Below are positions 28,076-38,187 of a stretch of DNA of 64,000 bases, piece after piece. Under the pieces are notes generated by a model that was not told where the DNA came from, searched no databases, and saw nothing but the letters and a program-made list of their open reading frames with translations. The position numbers were made by a program, and so were the translations under genes. The stretch is taken from NCBI GenBank assembly GCA_964571085.1, contig CAZMZT010000002.1, positions 2,784 through 66,783 on the forward strand, given 5' to 3'. Each line of letters opens with the position of its first letter. Positions within the stretch are counted from its first letter, which is position 1. Source of the stretch: an uncultured Candidatus Saccharibacteria bacterium. GTDB taxonomy: Bacteria; Patescibacteriota; Minisyncoccia; Phycocordibacterales; UBA9973.

Positions 28076-28161
28076 GAAAAAAGAAAAGAACACAAATGCA
28101 GATAAGGTTCAGATTCGCTCTGAACCTTATTTTTTATTTACAAATACGTTATAATACTCTC

Positions 28162-28506
28162 ATGCTTTTCCAAATCTTACACATACGAAAACAAGTCCGC
28201 GAACTCAAAGAAGACCCAGGCAAGTTTGCCGGAGGCCAGGCAGGGGAGGTGCTGATGGGTATAGTCATACTACCTATTATTATCCTTGTGCTAGGACTTG
28301 TGTTCCTGTTCGTACTTGCTTTTACCGAGCTCCTCGGAGGGCCTTATCTCTTTTTTAAAATTATATTTTTTATAGGGCTTTTTGTTAGTGTTGGCATAGC
28401 GTCACTTTTATACTCTGTAGCATCACTTGTGAAGCGTGTTACGAAAAATGCAGTAAACAAAACAGTAGAGACTATCTCTATCAAGCCTGATGAAGTAAAG
28501 AAGTAG
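28162..28506 (+). CDS. Hypothetical 2-TM membrane protein
   Basis: Two long hydrophobic segments; tataat 6 nt before ATG. Confidence 0.7.
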   Translation: MLFQILHIRKQVRELKEDPGKFAGGQAGEVLMGIVILPIIILVLGLVFLFVLAFTELLGGPYLFFKIIFFIGLFVSVGIASLLYSVASLVKRVTKNAVNKTVETISIKPDEVKK

Positions 28507-28613
28507 CTTACTCTCCAAGCACCTTATCTACAAAAATGCTATAATAATAGTATCGAAAGGTCGGACTATCTATCGAGAGGACGCCTTATTAAATAATCTC
28601 TAAAATATAATAT

Positions 28614-29687
28614 ATGAATAAAAATACAGTCATTGGATTGTTGGTTTTGATCGTTGTCCTTGGAGGAGGGTATTACCTTTTAAACAATAAAGGTATAAAG
28701 GACGATTCAACTAATACACCAATCAATGATGGAACTGGAGCCCCAGTCACACCATCTACACCTAGCGCTCCATCTGTCGAGACAGTAAAGAGCAACTCAA
28801 CATCGAATTCTACAGCATCTATAACTGGATTAATAAATCCAAATGGAGCATCTACAAATTATTGGTTTGAATATGGAGAGGGAACTTCTATTGGCAAGAA
28901 GACAGCAGAACAAGTGCTAGGAGCAGGGTACTCAGCTACACCAGCTCCTGGGTTTATAAATGGTCTAAGTGCTAACACAGTTTATTCTTATCGCTTAAGC
29001 GCCAAGAATAGCTTTGGGGTTGTAAACGGAGCTGTTTATACTCTACAGACCAACAACACACCACCAGCAAAGACATCACCACCAACAACTCAGACAAATA
29101 ACGCAGTGGATATAGAGCGTATGACTGCTACTCTGAAGGGTCAGGTGAATCCAAACGGTTCAGCTACTAGCTACTGGTTTGAATACGGCAATGATAAGGA
29201 CTTTGGTCATGTCACTACATACCAGACTACAAACGCAGGGTCTTCGTTTATGGTTGTTTCTGGCAACATAACAAGCCTCTCACCACTTACGAAGTACTAC
29301 TTTCGTTTAAATGGTCAGAACCAGTTTGGAACTGTAAATGGTGCAACTATGACATTTACAACTGATGGCCCAGCTGCTTTCAGTAAACCAACAGTTTCGT
29401 CACCTACTTCTAGTGCAGTAAATTCTTCTAGTGCGATGCTAGGAGGACGGATCAATGCAAACGGAGCAGATACTACTTACTGGTTTGAGTATAGTACTGA
29501 TTCATTGCTTGGGAATCTGATTGGCAGTGGTACAACCAAGAAAACAGTCACAGGCATGAATACACAGACTATCCAGACAAAGGTAGATGGACTGAATTCA
29601 GGGACAAAGTATTTCTATCGTCTAGTAGGCAAGAGCGAGTACGGCACAGTTTATAGTGACTCTGCTTCTTTTACAACAAAAAAGTAG
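28614..29687 (+). CDS. Membrane-anchored surface protein with three FN3/Ig-like repeats
   Basis: TM, Pro/Ser/Thr linker, 3x (G.IN(P/A)NG..T.YWFEY...L...T.Y.(Y/F)RL...N.(F/Y)G.V). Confidence 0.85.
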   Translation: MNKNTVIGLLVLIVVLGGGYYLLNNKGIKDDSTNTPINDGTGAPVTPSTPSAPSVETVKSNSTSNSTASITGLINPNGASTNYWFEYGEGTSIGKKTAEQVLGAGYSATPAPGFINGLSANTVYSYRLSAKNSFGVVNGAVYTLQTNNTPPAKTSPPTTQTNNAVDIERMTATLKGQVNPNGSATSYWFEYGNDKDFGHVTTYQTTNAGSSFMVVSGNITSLSPLTKYYFRLNGQNQFGTVNGATMTFTTDGPAAFSKPTVSSPTSSAVNSSSAMLGGRINANGADTTYWFEYSTDSLLGNLIGSGTTKKTVTGMNTQTIQTKVDGLNSGTKYFYRLVGKSEYGTVYSDSASFTTKK

Positions 29688-29700
29688 ACATACGAAGCCT

Positions 29701-29732
29701 TAGTAAAAGCCCCACAGTTGGGGCTTTTACTA
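29701..29732. terminator. Terminator hairpin between convergent genes
   Basis: tagtaaaagcccca-cagt-tggggcttttacta. Confidence 0.8.
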
Positions 29733-29796
29733 TCTATCAGGTATAAAAAATGGCTGTGTTGCTTTCTGCAACACAGCCAGTGTTTTTTGAGGATAA

Positions 29797-30621
29797 TCAC
29801 TTGTCCTCACTTTCAAAAATAAAATTAAGGCTAAAGTTCAAGCCTATGGGAGGGTTGTGGGAGTATTTACCATATTGGTAAACTCCGAATTGGTCATTGT
29901 AAGAATACTTTTGACCCTCAGTCCTGATGTTTGGTCCGACAAAGAATATTGCCGGTCCAAATTTTAAGCATAAACCTCCTATCAGATTGCTCCTCCTATC
30001 AGATTGCCTACTCTGTTGGAAATTTACACCTGGTACCTGCCTCTCATTGTTTCCCATTATTTCCATTCCATAGATAGCCTTAAGGCCTATGGTTTTGTTG
30101 AAAAAGTAGAGTATCTCCACTTCTCCAAGGAGCATGTTTTTTGCCCAATCATTTGAATTTTTAGGCGGTAACATGAGGAAGGTTAGATCTCCACCAATGT
30201 GGACAGAATTTACGAAATTCATGTGAGCAGTTGCCCCATAGAAAATCGAACTTGTCTTAGGGACACTCCCATGATTAGGGATGATACCTATAGTAGGACC
30301 ACCACCAAAGGCTACTTTAGATTCTTTGGAAAGATGTTTGATCTTTCCAATACCTAAAGAAACAATAGTGTATTGTTCCAATGGATGGCCGCTTTTGTGG
30401 CCCAACGGTTGCACCCTGAGTGCATGGTAAGCGAGGCCTAATTTGTTGCCTCCATATACTCCCTGTATCTTCCCATAGAGGTTCTTCTCAGAACCTCCTG
30501 AGTAATCCTTACCGGTATTCATACCAACAGTAACTATTGTGAAGTACTCGGGGGTTTTTCCTTGTGATTGTGCTTTATGCACAAAAAAAGCCATAAAGGC
30601 CAAAGCTAACATTTTTCTCAT
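29797..30621 (-). CDS. Hypothetical secreted beta-strand-rich protein
   Basis: Signal peptide MRKMLALAFMAFFVHKAQS-Q; alternating hydrophobic/Gly strands; C-terminal IGLNFSLNFIF. Confidence 0.65.
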   Translation of the reverse strand: MRKMLALAFMAFFVHKAQSQGKTPEYFTIVTVGMNTGKDYSGGSEKNLYGKIQGVYGGNKLGLAYHALRVQPLGHKSGHPLEQYTIVSLGIGKIKHLSKESKVAFGGGPTIGIIPNHGSVPKTSSIFYGATAHMNFVNSVHIGGDLTFLMLPPKNSNDWAKNMLLGEVEILYFFNKTIGLKAIYGMEIMGNNERQVPGVNFQQSRQSDRRSNLIGGLCLKFGPAIFFVGPNIRTEGQKYSYNDQFGVYQYGKYSHNPPIGLNFSLNFIFESEDK

Positions 30622-30700
30622 GAGTGGTTTTTTATTTGTGATTTAAAAATTTGTACAGTTTATTGTATATTTAATAACATTTCCAAGGCTAAAAGTCAAG

Positions 30701-30739
30701 CAAAACCCTCCCCTAGGCTTGACCTAGGGGAGGGTTTTG
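30701..30739. terminator. Terminator hairpin
   Basis: caaaaccctcccctagg-cttga-cctaggggagggttttg. Confidence 0.8.
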
Positions 30740-30751
30740 GGGCTCTATAGA

Positions 30752-31876
30752 TTATTTGTTGTTTGCGAAGTCCTCGGCTGTGGCTGTGTAGGTAGTTGGC
30801 TTCTTGATCCTTTTCTTCAGCTCTGCTAGTAGCTCGTCTGATTGTGTGGTCATTGTTGTTCCAAAGTAATTCTGCACCTCTCCTGTTGTTAGCTCGATGC
30901 ATTCCCCAGTTGGTTTACCCATTTTATCTACAAGACGTAATAGTACTTTGTGTTCGGATTTACTTGTATTAAGGTTTCCGGCATCTGTTATGGATTTTGT
31001 ATCTCGCACGGCGGCACACAAGAATCCAATCAAATGCCTGTTGGTACCCCATATTGATTCACCCCATTCTGCGTATGCAGAGTACGGGTCAGCTTCTTTC
31101 GATTTAGTTTCTTCTGGTTCAGTATATACGATGTCTACTGCTGGTGGAGTATAATACTTGCGGTATTTTTCTGCATCTGATATGTACCCTTTTCCTACTA
31201 ACTCTTCAGGAGAGTACTTACCACTCTTAAGTGTATTTATGAGCCACTTTTCATATTCTGCTCCTCCTTTGCCGTCACCTGACTTAGCAGGTTTCAATTC
31301 TTCACCAGGAGCTACTTTCTTATAATATGTTTTCTTTCCATCAACATGAGACTTTACATATCCTGGTGGGACTTGTTTTACTTTCTTGCCTCCTTCTCCT
31401 GGGTCAGTGTTTATATACTCGGTAGTATTTTTATTACTAGAGAATTCTTTCTCTGCACTATTGTTGATTGTCGCGTTCGCTGCTCCTGCTAGAGTTATGA
31501 ATCCGAGTGTCATGAATAGTTTATCTTTTGCGTCTTTCAAGGACTCAACTGCATCTTTCAAGGACTTAACTATACCTTTCTTTTCTTGTTTCACTACCGT
31601 AGCAGTATTCTCGTTTTCTGTGAATGGGATTTCTTGTGCCACCCACACTGGTTTCTCTGGAGGGTAGGAACTGAGTAGATCTTCTCGGACTTCTTTTAAT
31701 TTACCTTCTTCAGTTACCTTCAACGAGTTGCCAGGTCTAACTGCATCTTTATTTGATTCTCCAGTTTGAGAATTCAAGAATTCGTTAACTTTTTCTGTGT
31801 TTTTACCAACACTTTTTTTGTTTTCTTTGGCCTCGCCGTCTGGGCGACCCAACTGCATCTTGATTTTATCTGGCAT
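30752..31876 (-). CDS. Hypothetical protein, charged N-terminus with internal signal-peptide-like segment
   Basis: About 115 aa Lys/Glu-rich region, then KDKLFMTLGFITLAGAANA, then a soluble domain. Confidence 0.7.
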   Translation of the reverse strand: MPDKIKMQLGRPDGEAKENKKSVGKNTEKVNEFLNSQTGESNKDAVRPGNSLKVTEEGKLKEVREDLLSSYPPEKPVWVAQEIPFTENENTATVVKQEKKGIVKSLKDAVESLKDAKDKLFMTLGFITLAGAANATINNSAEKEFSSNKNTTEYINTDPGEGGKKVKQVPPGYVKSHVDGKKTYYKKVAPGEELKPAKSGDGKGGAEYEKWLINTLKSGKYSPEELVGKGYISDAEKYRKYYTPPAVDIVYTEPEETKSKEADPYSAYAEWGESIWGTNRHLIGFLCAAVRDTKSITDAGNLNTSKSEHKVLLRLVDKMGKPTGECIELTTGEVQNYFGTTMTTQSDELLAELKKRIKKPTTYTATAEDFANNK

Positions 31877-31984
31877 AGTTTCGATACGATTTATGGTTAA
31901 TTGTTCTTACATTATACCAAATCACAATACAGTTGTCATAACCTTGTTTCTTTTGACTTCAAAACCTAGTATACTTGTCTCCAT

Positions 31985-32914
31985 ATGAAAATACTTCGCA
32001 ATATAGGCGCGAGTGGTCCGATACTGATAGTAACAGCAGCAGTCCTATGGGCTCTCGACGGGGTTATACGTAGGCACCTTTACTCGCTCCCACCTATAAC
32101 CATCATATTCTTTGAGCATTTGGTGGGCCTGATCATCATACTGCCTTTTGTATGGAAGAACTTCGTAAAGGAAAGGCCCGGCAAGCGCGAATTCCTACTA
32201 CTCTTACTAGTCGCAGTGCTCAGTGGTCTACTAGGCACACTATGGTTCACAACAGCACTTTTGAAAGTCCACTTTATATCTTTCTCTGTTGTATTCTTGC
32301 TCCAGAAGCTCCAGCCGATATTTGCGATAGCATCTGCCTCCATATTCCTCAAAGAAAAGTTTGATCATCGTTATACCAGGTGGGCACTGCTTGCACTGGT
32401 GTCGGCATACTTTGTGACCTTCCCTAACGGTCATGTGAATCTAAGTACTGGCGAGGGGACAGCCATAGCAGCCCTCTATGCACTTGGGGCGGCTTTCGCT
32501 TGGGGTACATCGACTACATTCTCAAAGATGATACTCAACAAAGTTTCATACAAAGTCAGTACATTCTATAGGTTCCTTATCACTACAGTTATTGCGTTTA
32601 TTCTAATCCTAGTCTCTGGTTACTTGCCATCACTAGGAACTCCGACACTTCCGCAGTTTGGGCTCTTTGCACTGATAGCAGTGTCTACTGGAGTAGTTGC
32701 ACTTATGATTTACTATAAAGGTCTCTCAAAAACTCCAGTTCACATAACTACTATGCTCGAGCTTACATTCCCATTCATAGCAATATTTATAGATATGACT
32801 TTGTACAACACAACCCTATCAGTTTCTCAGCTGATCTTTGCTGTGGTACTTTCTTTTGCAATTTATAAGATAGCAAAACTTCAATCCAATGCTGTTGTCA
32901 TCAAAACAAATTAG
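31985..32914 (+). CDS. EamA/DMT family transporter
   Basis: About 10 TM helices in two repeats; LQKLQPIFAI...FLKEK. Confidence 0.88.
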   Translation: MKILRNIGASGPILIVTAAVLWALDGVIRRHLYSLPPITIIFFEHLVGLIIILPFVWKNFVKERPGKREFLLLLLVAVLSGLLGTLWFTTALLKVHFISFSVVFLLQKLQPIFAIASASIFLKEKFDHRYTRWALLALVSAYFVTFPNGHVNLSTGEGTAIAALYALGAAFAWGTSTTFSKMILNKVSYKVSTFYRFLITTVIAFILILVSGYLPSLGTPTLPQFGLFALIAVSTGVVALMIYYKGLSKTPVHITTMLELTFPFIAIFIDMTLYNTTLSVSQLIFAVVLSFAIYKIAKLQSNAVVIKTN

Positions 32915-33260
32915 AGGCCAAGGGCGGGGACACAAAGTAGGGTTCCCAACTATAAACCTAGTTGTACCAAAAGACCTTTCTTTAGATGAAGGCATCTATG
33001 CTGTCTGGGTAGTTATAGATGGGCGCACTTATAAAGGAGCGCTTCACTATGGAGCCATACCGACTTTCCAATTGAAAGACAAGACTATGGAAGTCCACCT
33101 CATCGACATCACGGACGACACAGTTCCAGTAACAGAAGATAAAGTTATCGAGATAGATGTAGTAGAACCTATACGAGGAGTTAGGAAGTTTGATGATGCA
33201 GAATCCCTCGCTATACAGATAGCAATCGATATCAAAAACGTCAATGCTATTTTAAAGTAG
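32889..33260 (+). CDS. Stand-alone riboflavin kinase
   Basis: GQGRGHKVGFPTINL, GIYAV, EVHLID, IRGVRKF; no FAD-synthetase domain. Confidence 0.88.
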   Translation: MLLSSKQIRGQGRGHKVGFPTINLVVPKDLSLDEGIYAVWVVIDGRTYKGALHYGAIPTFQLKDKTMEVHLIDITDDTVPVTEDKVIEIDVVEPIRGVRKFDDAESLAIQIAIDIKNVNAILK

Positions 33261-33309
33261 ACATTTTCCGCTTTCTATTTATGTGAAAATGCGGTAGTAT
33301 GTGACCCAT

Positions 33310-34782
33310 ATGTCGCACGGCGAAGCAGTAGTAAGATTTGAAAAAGTCTCATTTGAATACGGACACAACAAGCCCATCCTAGATGCGGTGGATTTTGTGA
33401 TCAAGCGTGGTATGAAAGTCACAATCATGGGACAGAACGGTGCTGGCAAAAGCACGCTGTTCTCACTCATTACCCGCGCTAATCCACCTGAGAGTGGCAA
33501 CATCCACCTAGCTCAGCGTGCGACTGTAGCACTTTCTCGCCAAGTCATACCTCGCGACGAACTCGAGCTCACAGTCAGAGAGTTCTTCGAAAAGTGCTTT
33601 AAGGAAAAGGTTTATGACATAGACCCACGCATCGATGATGTGCTCGAAGTTGTAAACCTTAAAGGCCATGAAGAAGTCCATGATCGTATCGTAAAGTCTT
33701 TCTCTGGTGGTCAGCAGGCACGCCTACTACTCGCGTCTGCTCTAATCCAAGAACCCGACATACTACTCCTCGATGAGCCGACCAACAACCTCGACAAAGC
33801 AGGTATTGCACACCTTACAGACTTCCTTGTGAAGTACAAGAAGACAGTGGTAGTCATATCGCACGATGCGGAGTTCCTCAATGCATTTACAGACGCGGTC
33901 CTATACCTAGATGTCTATACCAAGAAGATCGAGCAGTATGTCGGTAACTATACAGATGTACGAAGTCAGATAACAGCACGTATGGAGCGCGAGAACCGCA
34001 AGAACGCACTACTCTCAAAAGAAATCCAAGCCAAGAAAGACCAAGCAAATGCTTTCGCCATGAAAGGAGGCAACCTGCGTGCTGTGGCCAAGCGCATGCG
34101 TGACCTCGCAGAAGAACTCGAAGAAGAGAAGGTAGATGTCAGAAAAGAAGACAAGACTATCCGCCCTTTCACCATCCCATTCCAAGGCGATCTAATAGGT
34201 GACATACTCAAACTCACTTCGATATCAGTACTCAAAAAAGGTAAACCAACCAAGAAGAAAGTGAGTGTCGCACTTCGCAAGAACAAGCATTTACTACTAT
34301 CCGGTCCCAATGGCATAGGCAAGAGCACTCTGCTTGAGTCTATAGCTCGAGGTGAAGTAGAGGGTACAGAGATACTGAAAGGCACTCGCATAGGTTACTA
34401 TCGTCAGGACTTCTCGACTCTAAACTTTGAAGACACAGTTTTCGAATCTCTTGCCAACATTAGTCGCTCTGTTGTCGGTCGTGTAGATGAAGAACGAATT
34501 CGTGCAGTTGCTGCTTCTTTCCTAATAGTAGGCGACATGGTGCACACTCGTATTGGCAGTCTATCAGAAGGTCAGAAGGGCTTGGTTGCCTTTGCAAGCT
34601 TGGTGCTACTTCGCCCAGGTCTACTCATACTAGATGAACCGACCAACCATATAAATTTCCGCCATCTACCAGTTATCGCAAAAGCGCTTGATGAATACGA
34701 AGGAGCTATGATACTGGTGTCTCACGTAGCTGACTTTGTTCACCAGATTCGTATTGATGATACTCTAGACCTAGAGAAGTAA
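33310..34782 (+). CDS. ABC-F family ATPase
   Basis: Two ABC cassettes: GQNGAGKST/FSGGQ/LLDEPTNNLD and GPNGIGKST/LSEGQ/ILDEPTNH; no TM. Confidence 0.92.
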   Translation: MSHGEAVVRFEKVSFEYGHNKPILDAVDFVIKRGMKVTIMGQNGAGKSTLFSLITRANPPESGNIHLAQRATVALSRQVIPRDELELTVREFFEKCFKEKVYDIDPRIDDVLEVVNLKGHEEVHDRIVKSFSGGQQARLLLASALIQEPDILLLDEPTNNLDKAGIAHLTDFLVKYKKTVVVISHDAEFLNAFTDAVLYLDVYTKKIEQYVGNYTDVRSQITARMERENRKNALLSKEIQAKKDQANAFAMKGGNLRAVAKRMRDLAEELEEEKVDVRKEDKTIRPFTIPFQGDLIGDILKLTSISVLKKGKPTKKKVSVALRKNKHLLLSGPNGIGKSTLLESIARGEVEGTEILKGTRIGYYRQDFSTLNFEDTVFESLANISRSVVGRVDEERIRAVAASFLIVGDMVHTRIGSLSEGQKGLVAFASLVLLRPGLLILDEPTNHINFRHLPVIAKALDEYEGAMILVSHVADFVHQIRIDDTLDLEK

Positions 34783-34823
34783 TTTCTTTGTGCAAGGCCT
34801 ATTGATGTAGTATATTTATATTT

Positions 34824-35444
34824 ATGGATAACAGTCGCCACGAGAAAGAACTAGTCTTTGCTCAAATACTCTACTTATATATCATCCCTACATTGCTCCT
34901 ATACTATGGAGTCATCCCTGGTCAGTTTAGGATCCTTATGCTTTTTACTGTGTCGCTACTTATGTATGGAATCATAAAGCGATCTCATTGGACTTATGCT
35001 GATCTAGGCATCACAAAAAACTTCCTCAAAGACATAGCACCTTATACAATTTTTACACTGGTTGGAGTCGGGTTTATCCTATGGCTTTCTCAGATAACTT
35101 CTATGCACCTGAAGTTTTCTTATCAATGGTGGTCTGATATGAAGTTCCTCTTACTATTCATACCTATTAGCGTACTACAGGAAGTAGTATTTCGAGGGAT
35201 ACTCATGAGGCTACTTCGTCATGCATTTAAAAACACAGCTTTTATCATAGTCCTCAATGCGTCTTTGTTTGCATTGATACATGTTATATACGACAACTCA
35301 ATTTTCATACTACCGATGACATTTATCGGAGGGATAGGCTTTGCTTGGATATACTACAAATACCCCAACCTCATACTCGTGTCTATCTCACATACTATAT
35401 TAAACTTTACGGCCATGGCCTTAGGATTCTTTGTTGTCCGATAA
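34824..35444 (+). CDS. CPBP (CAAX/Abi) intramembrane metalloprotease
   Basis: QEVVFRG, FALIH, SHTILN. Confidence 0.85.
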   Translation: MDNSRHEKELVFAQILYLYIIPTLLLYYGVIPGQFRILMLFTVSLLMYGIIKRSHWTYADLGITKNFLKDIAPYTIFTLVGVGFILWLSQITSMHLKFSYQWWSDMKFLLLFIPISVLQEVVFRGILMRLLRHAFKNTAFIIVLNASLFALIHVIYDNSIFILPMTFIGGIGFAWIYYKYPNLILVSISHTILNFTAMALGFFVVR

Positions 35445-35463
35445 TCTAGTATAATAGTATCGT

Positions 35464-36777
35464 ATGCGTGATACTGGATTAACAAAAAGGAAAATAAAAG
35501 CAATGCTCAGGGACCCTATAGTTAGGACTGTATTGGTTAGTGCTTCTACTATAATCATTACCTTGGGTTTAATATTTGCTGTAGTCTGGCACTATCGTGA
35601 ACCTATACTCAAAATCTTGGCTTCCAAGTACTCGTCTGTGACCAAACCGATCGAATCGAACTTGGTGTATGAACCAATAACAGAACAAGAAGAGATCGCA
35701 CAAACTACTGCCGTAGTAGAAGAACCAGAAGTTGCTGTGGTAATAGATCCAGAACAAAGTGTTGTCGACATCGTTAGGAAAGCCAAGCCTGCAGTGGTGT
35801 CTATTGTTGTTAGCAAGATGGTCCCTATATATGGGGTTTCTTATCAGCAAATTCCTGGGACTCTTTTTAAAACTCCGGTATATACAGAGAGTGGTAAAGA
35901 AAAGAAACAAACAGGTAGTGGGTCAGGATTCTTTATCTCATCAGATGGGTTGATAGTTACTAATAGGCATGTAGTATCTGAGAAGGATGCTATCTACGAT
36001 ATCATTCTTAACAACGGCAAGACTTATACGGGTACAGTACTTGCTCGTGATACAGTCCTTGATTTTGCTTTGATAAAGATTGAAGGGAAGGGGTTCTCTT
36101 ACTTGGAGTTAGGTGACTCTGACTCTATAGAAGTTGGAGAGAGTGTCATAGCCATAGGTAACACCCTAGGGAAGTACGACAATACTGTGTCTACCGGGAT
36201 AGTCTCTGGTCTCTCTCGTTCACTCACGGCTTCAAATAAATCAGGTGGCACAGAAAGACTCGACAAAGTTATACAGACAGATGCCGCTATAAATCCAGGT
36301 AACTCTGGGGGTCCACTGATAAACTTGAAGGGTAAAGTCATAGGTATCAATGTTGCTGTAGTTGAGGGCTCTTCAAATGTAGGGTTCGCACTTCCTTCAA
36401 ACAGTGTAAAGAGCTCTATAAGTTCTGTGAAGAGTACTGGGAAAATTATCAGACCGTATGTAGGGGTAAGGTATATTCCTATCACAACGGAGTTGAAATC
36501 CAAGAACAACCTTTTGGTTGACTATGGCATCTGGGTAAAGCAAGGGAGTAGTGCGGGAGACCTAGCTGTTGTGCCTGGGTCTCCAGCTGAGAAAGCAGGT
36601 ATCAAAGAAGGTGACATCATCCTTACTGTAGATGGACAGGCAATCAACGAAGACCAGAGCTTTTCTTTCCTTATCAACCAGAAGAAAGTGGGTAATACTG
36701 TAGTACTCCGAGCCTTGTCAAACAACACTGAGAAGACATTTGCTGTAAAGCTGGAAGCGTCCCCAGAGAGCCTATAA
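35464..36777 (+). CDS. htrA: HtrA/DegP serine protease with PDZ domain
   Basis: TM; GSGFFI, TNRHVV, DFALIKI, QTDAAINPGNSGGPL, GSPAEKAGIKEGDII. Confidence 0.92.
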   Translation: MRDTGLTKRKIKAMLRDPIVRTVLVSASTIIITLGLIFAVVWHYREPILKILASKYSSVTKPIESNLVYEPITEQEEIAQTTAVVEEPEVAVVIDPEQSVVDIVRKAKPAVVSIVVSKMVPIYGVSYQQIPGTLFKTPVYTESGKEKKQTGSGSGFFISSDGLIVTNRHVVSEKDAIYDIILNNGKTYTGTVLARDTVLDFALIKIEGKGFSYLELGDSDSIEVGESVIAIGNTLGKYDNTVSTGIVSGLSRSLTASNKSGGTERLDKVIQTDAAINPGNSGGPLINLKGKVIGINVAVVEGSSNVGFALPSNSVKSSISSVKSTGKIIRPYVGVRYIPITTELKSKNNLLVDYGIWVKQGSSAGDLAVVPGSPAEKAGIKEGDIILTVDGQAINEDQSFSFLINQKKVGNTVVLRALSNNTEKTFAVKLEASPESL

Positions 36778-36814
36778 GCTCGCATATTTTTAGTAAACGG
36801 AATATAATCACTTT

Positions 36815-37315
36815 ATGTCAGAAACTAATCATGAATCATACCAGAGACCTTCATGGGATGAATACTTTATCCAAATGGCTGATTTAGTAGGTACTAGAGG
36901 CACTTGCGATAGAGGTAGAGCAGGTGCGGTTATTGCAAAAGATAAACGCATACTCTCTGCTGGTTATGCAGGTTCGCCTGTAGGACTTCCACATTGTGAT
37001 GAAGTAGGCCATGAAATGCATACGGTTACAAACGAAGATGGGACTACTTCACGCCACTGTATACGTACTGCACATGCAGAGCAGAATGCAATTGCGAATG
37101 CTGCTCGTGTTGGTGTTGGTGTCGAAGGTGCTACTCTATACTGTAAAATGCTTCCATGTTACATTTGCGCTAAAATGATTATAAATGCAGGAATAAAGAG
37201 AGTTGTCGCTTTGAAAGATTATCACGCCACAAAAAGGTCTAAGGAAATTTTTAGTGATGCTGGTATTGAATTGGTTATTATTAACAATGAAGTTGAATCT
37301 TATAAAGACCAGTAA
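36815..37315 (+). CDS. dCMP deaminase
   Basis: RPSWDEYF, HAEQNAI, PCYIC. Confidence 0.9.
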   Translation: MSETNHESYQRPSWDEYFIQMADLVGTRGTCDRGRAGAVIAKDKRILSAGYAGSPVGLPHCDEVGHEMHTVTNEDGTTSRHCIRTAHAEQNAIANAARVGVGVEGATLYCKMLPCYICAKMIINAGIKRVVALKDYHATKRSKEIFSDAGIELVIINNEVESYKDQ

Positions 37316-37318
37316 TAT

Positions 37319-37648
37319 ATGGTAAATCTAAAAGAATTACAAAAGGAAGTAATGAGGAATAAACTAGAGAAGGGCTTCAACACGACCGATGTGGCGCTTG
37401 AGTTTTGTCGTGCTCATGAGGAGCTCTCAGAAGCATTTTCGAAGTTCAACAAAAACCAAGATGGAGTTGCTGAAGAGTTTGCCGATGTGGCTGTGTTCTT
37501 GCTAGGTATGTGTGAGATACTCGGATACGACCTAGAAGATGAACTAATACGTAAGATTGAAATAAACAAAAACCGTAAATATAAAAAGATGAAGTCCCCA
37601 GACGGCAAAGACATATTTATAAGAGAGAAGTCAGACATAGATCCATAA
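37319..37648 (+). CDS. MazG-like nucleotide pyrophosphohydrolase
   Basis: EELSE...EEFADV. Confidence 0.85.
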   Translation: MVNLKELQKEVMRNKLEKGFNTTDVALEFCRAHEELSEAFSKFNKNQDGVAEEFADVAVFLLGMCEILGYDLEDELIRKIEINKNRKYKKMKSPDGKDIFIREKSDIDP

Positions 37649-37663
37649 AAAATCCGCTTAGCA

Positions 37664-38185
37664 TTAAGCGGATTTTTTGTATTCTACAAATGAGTAGGGG
37701 ATCTTGTTCGTGTCATCTTCTGCGTGGTCTTCTCTAGAAACTTCCTTCCAGATATCCTTATCTATTTCTGGGAATAGTGTGTCACCTTCAAAGTCTTGGT
37801 GAACTTCGGTGATGTAGAGTTTCTGGGCTTTATCGATAGCCTGCTTATATATTTCTCCGCCACCTATTACAAAGGCCTCTACTTCGTCCTGGTTCTCTTC
37901 AAACTCTTTGCCGTGCTCAAGTGTGATGAGCCGGATAGCTTCCTCGAGTGAGTTCACTACATCGATTCCATCCTTCATATAGCTTGCATCTCGAGTGATT
38001 ACTATGTTCTTGCGGTTAGGAAGTGGGCGACCGATGCTCTCATAAGTCTTCCTACCCATGATGACTGTATGACCGCTAGTAGTAGTCCGGAAGTGCTTCA
38101 TGTCTGTAGGCAAATCCCAGAGCAGAGTATTACCTCCACCTATGACTCTATTCTTTGCGACTGCAGATATAAGAGAGAGAATCAT
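37664..38185 (-). CDS. folA: Dihydrofolate reductase
   Basis: RVIG..N.L.W.LP.D, VIMGRKTYESIGRPLPNRKN, IGGGEIY. Confidence 0.95.
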   Translation of the reverse strand: MILSLISAVAKNRVIGGGNTLLWDLPTDMKHFRTTTSGHTVIMGRKTYESIGRPLPNRKNIVITRDASYMKDGIDVVNSLEEAIRLITLEHGKEFEENQDEVEAFVIGGGEIYKQAIDKAQKLYITEVHQDFEGDTLFPEIDKDIWKEVSREDHAEDDTNKIPYSFVEYKKSA

Positions 38186-38187
38186 AA

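Noticed and set aside
28553-28586. tcgaaagg/tcgagagg short repeat in a leader
   Set aside because: Too short to support a structure or riboswitch call
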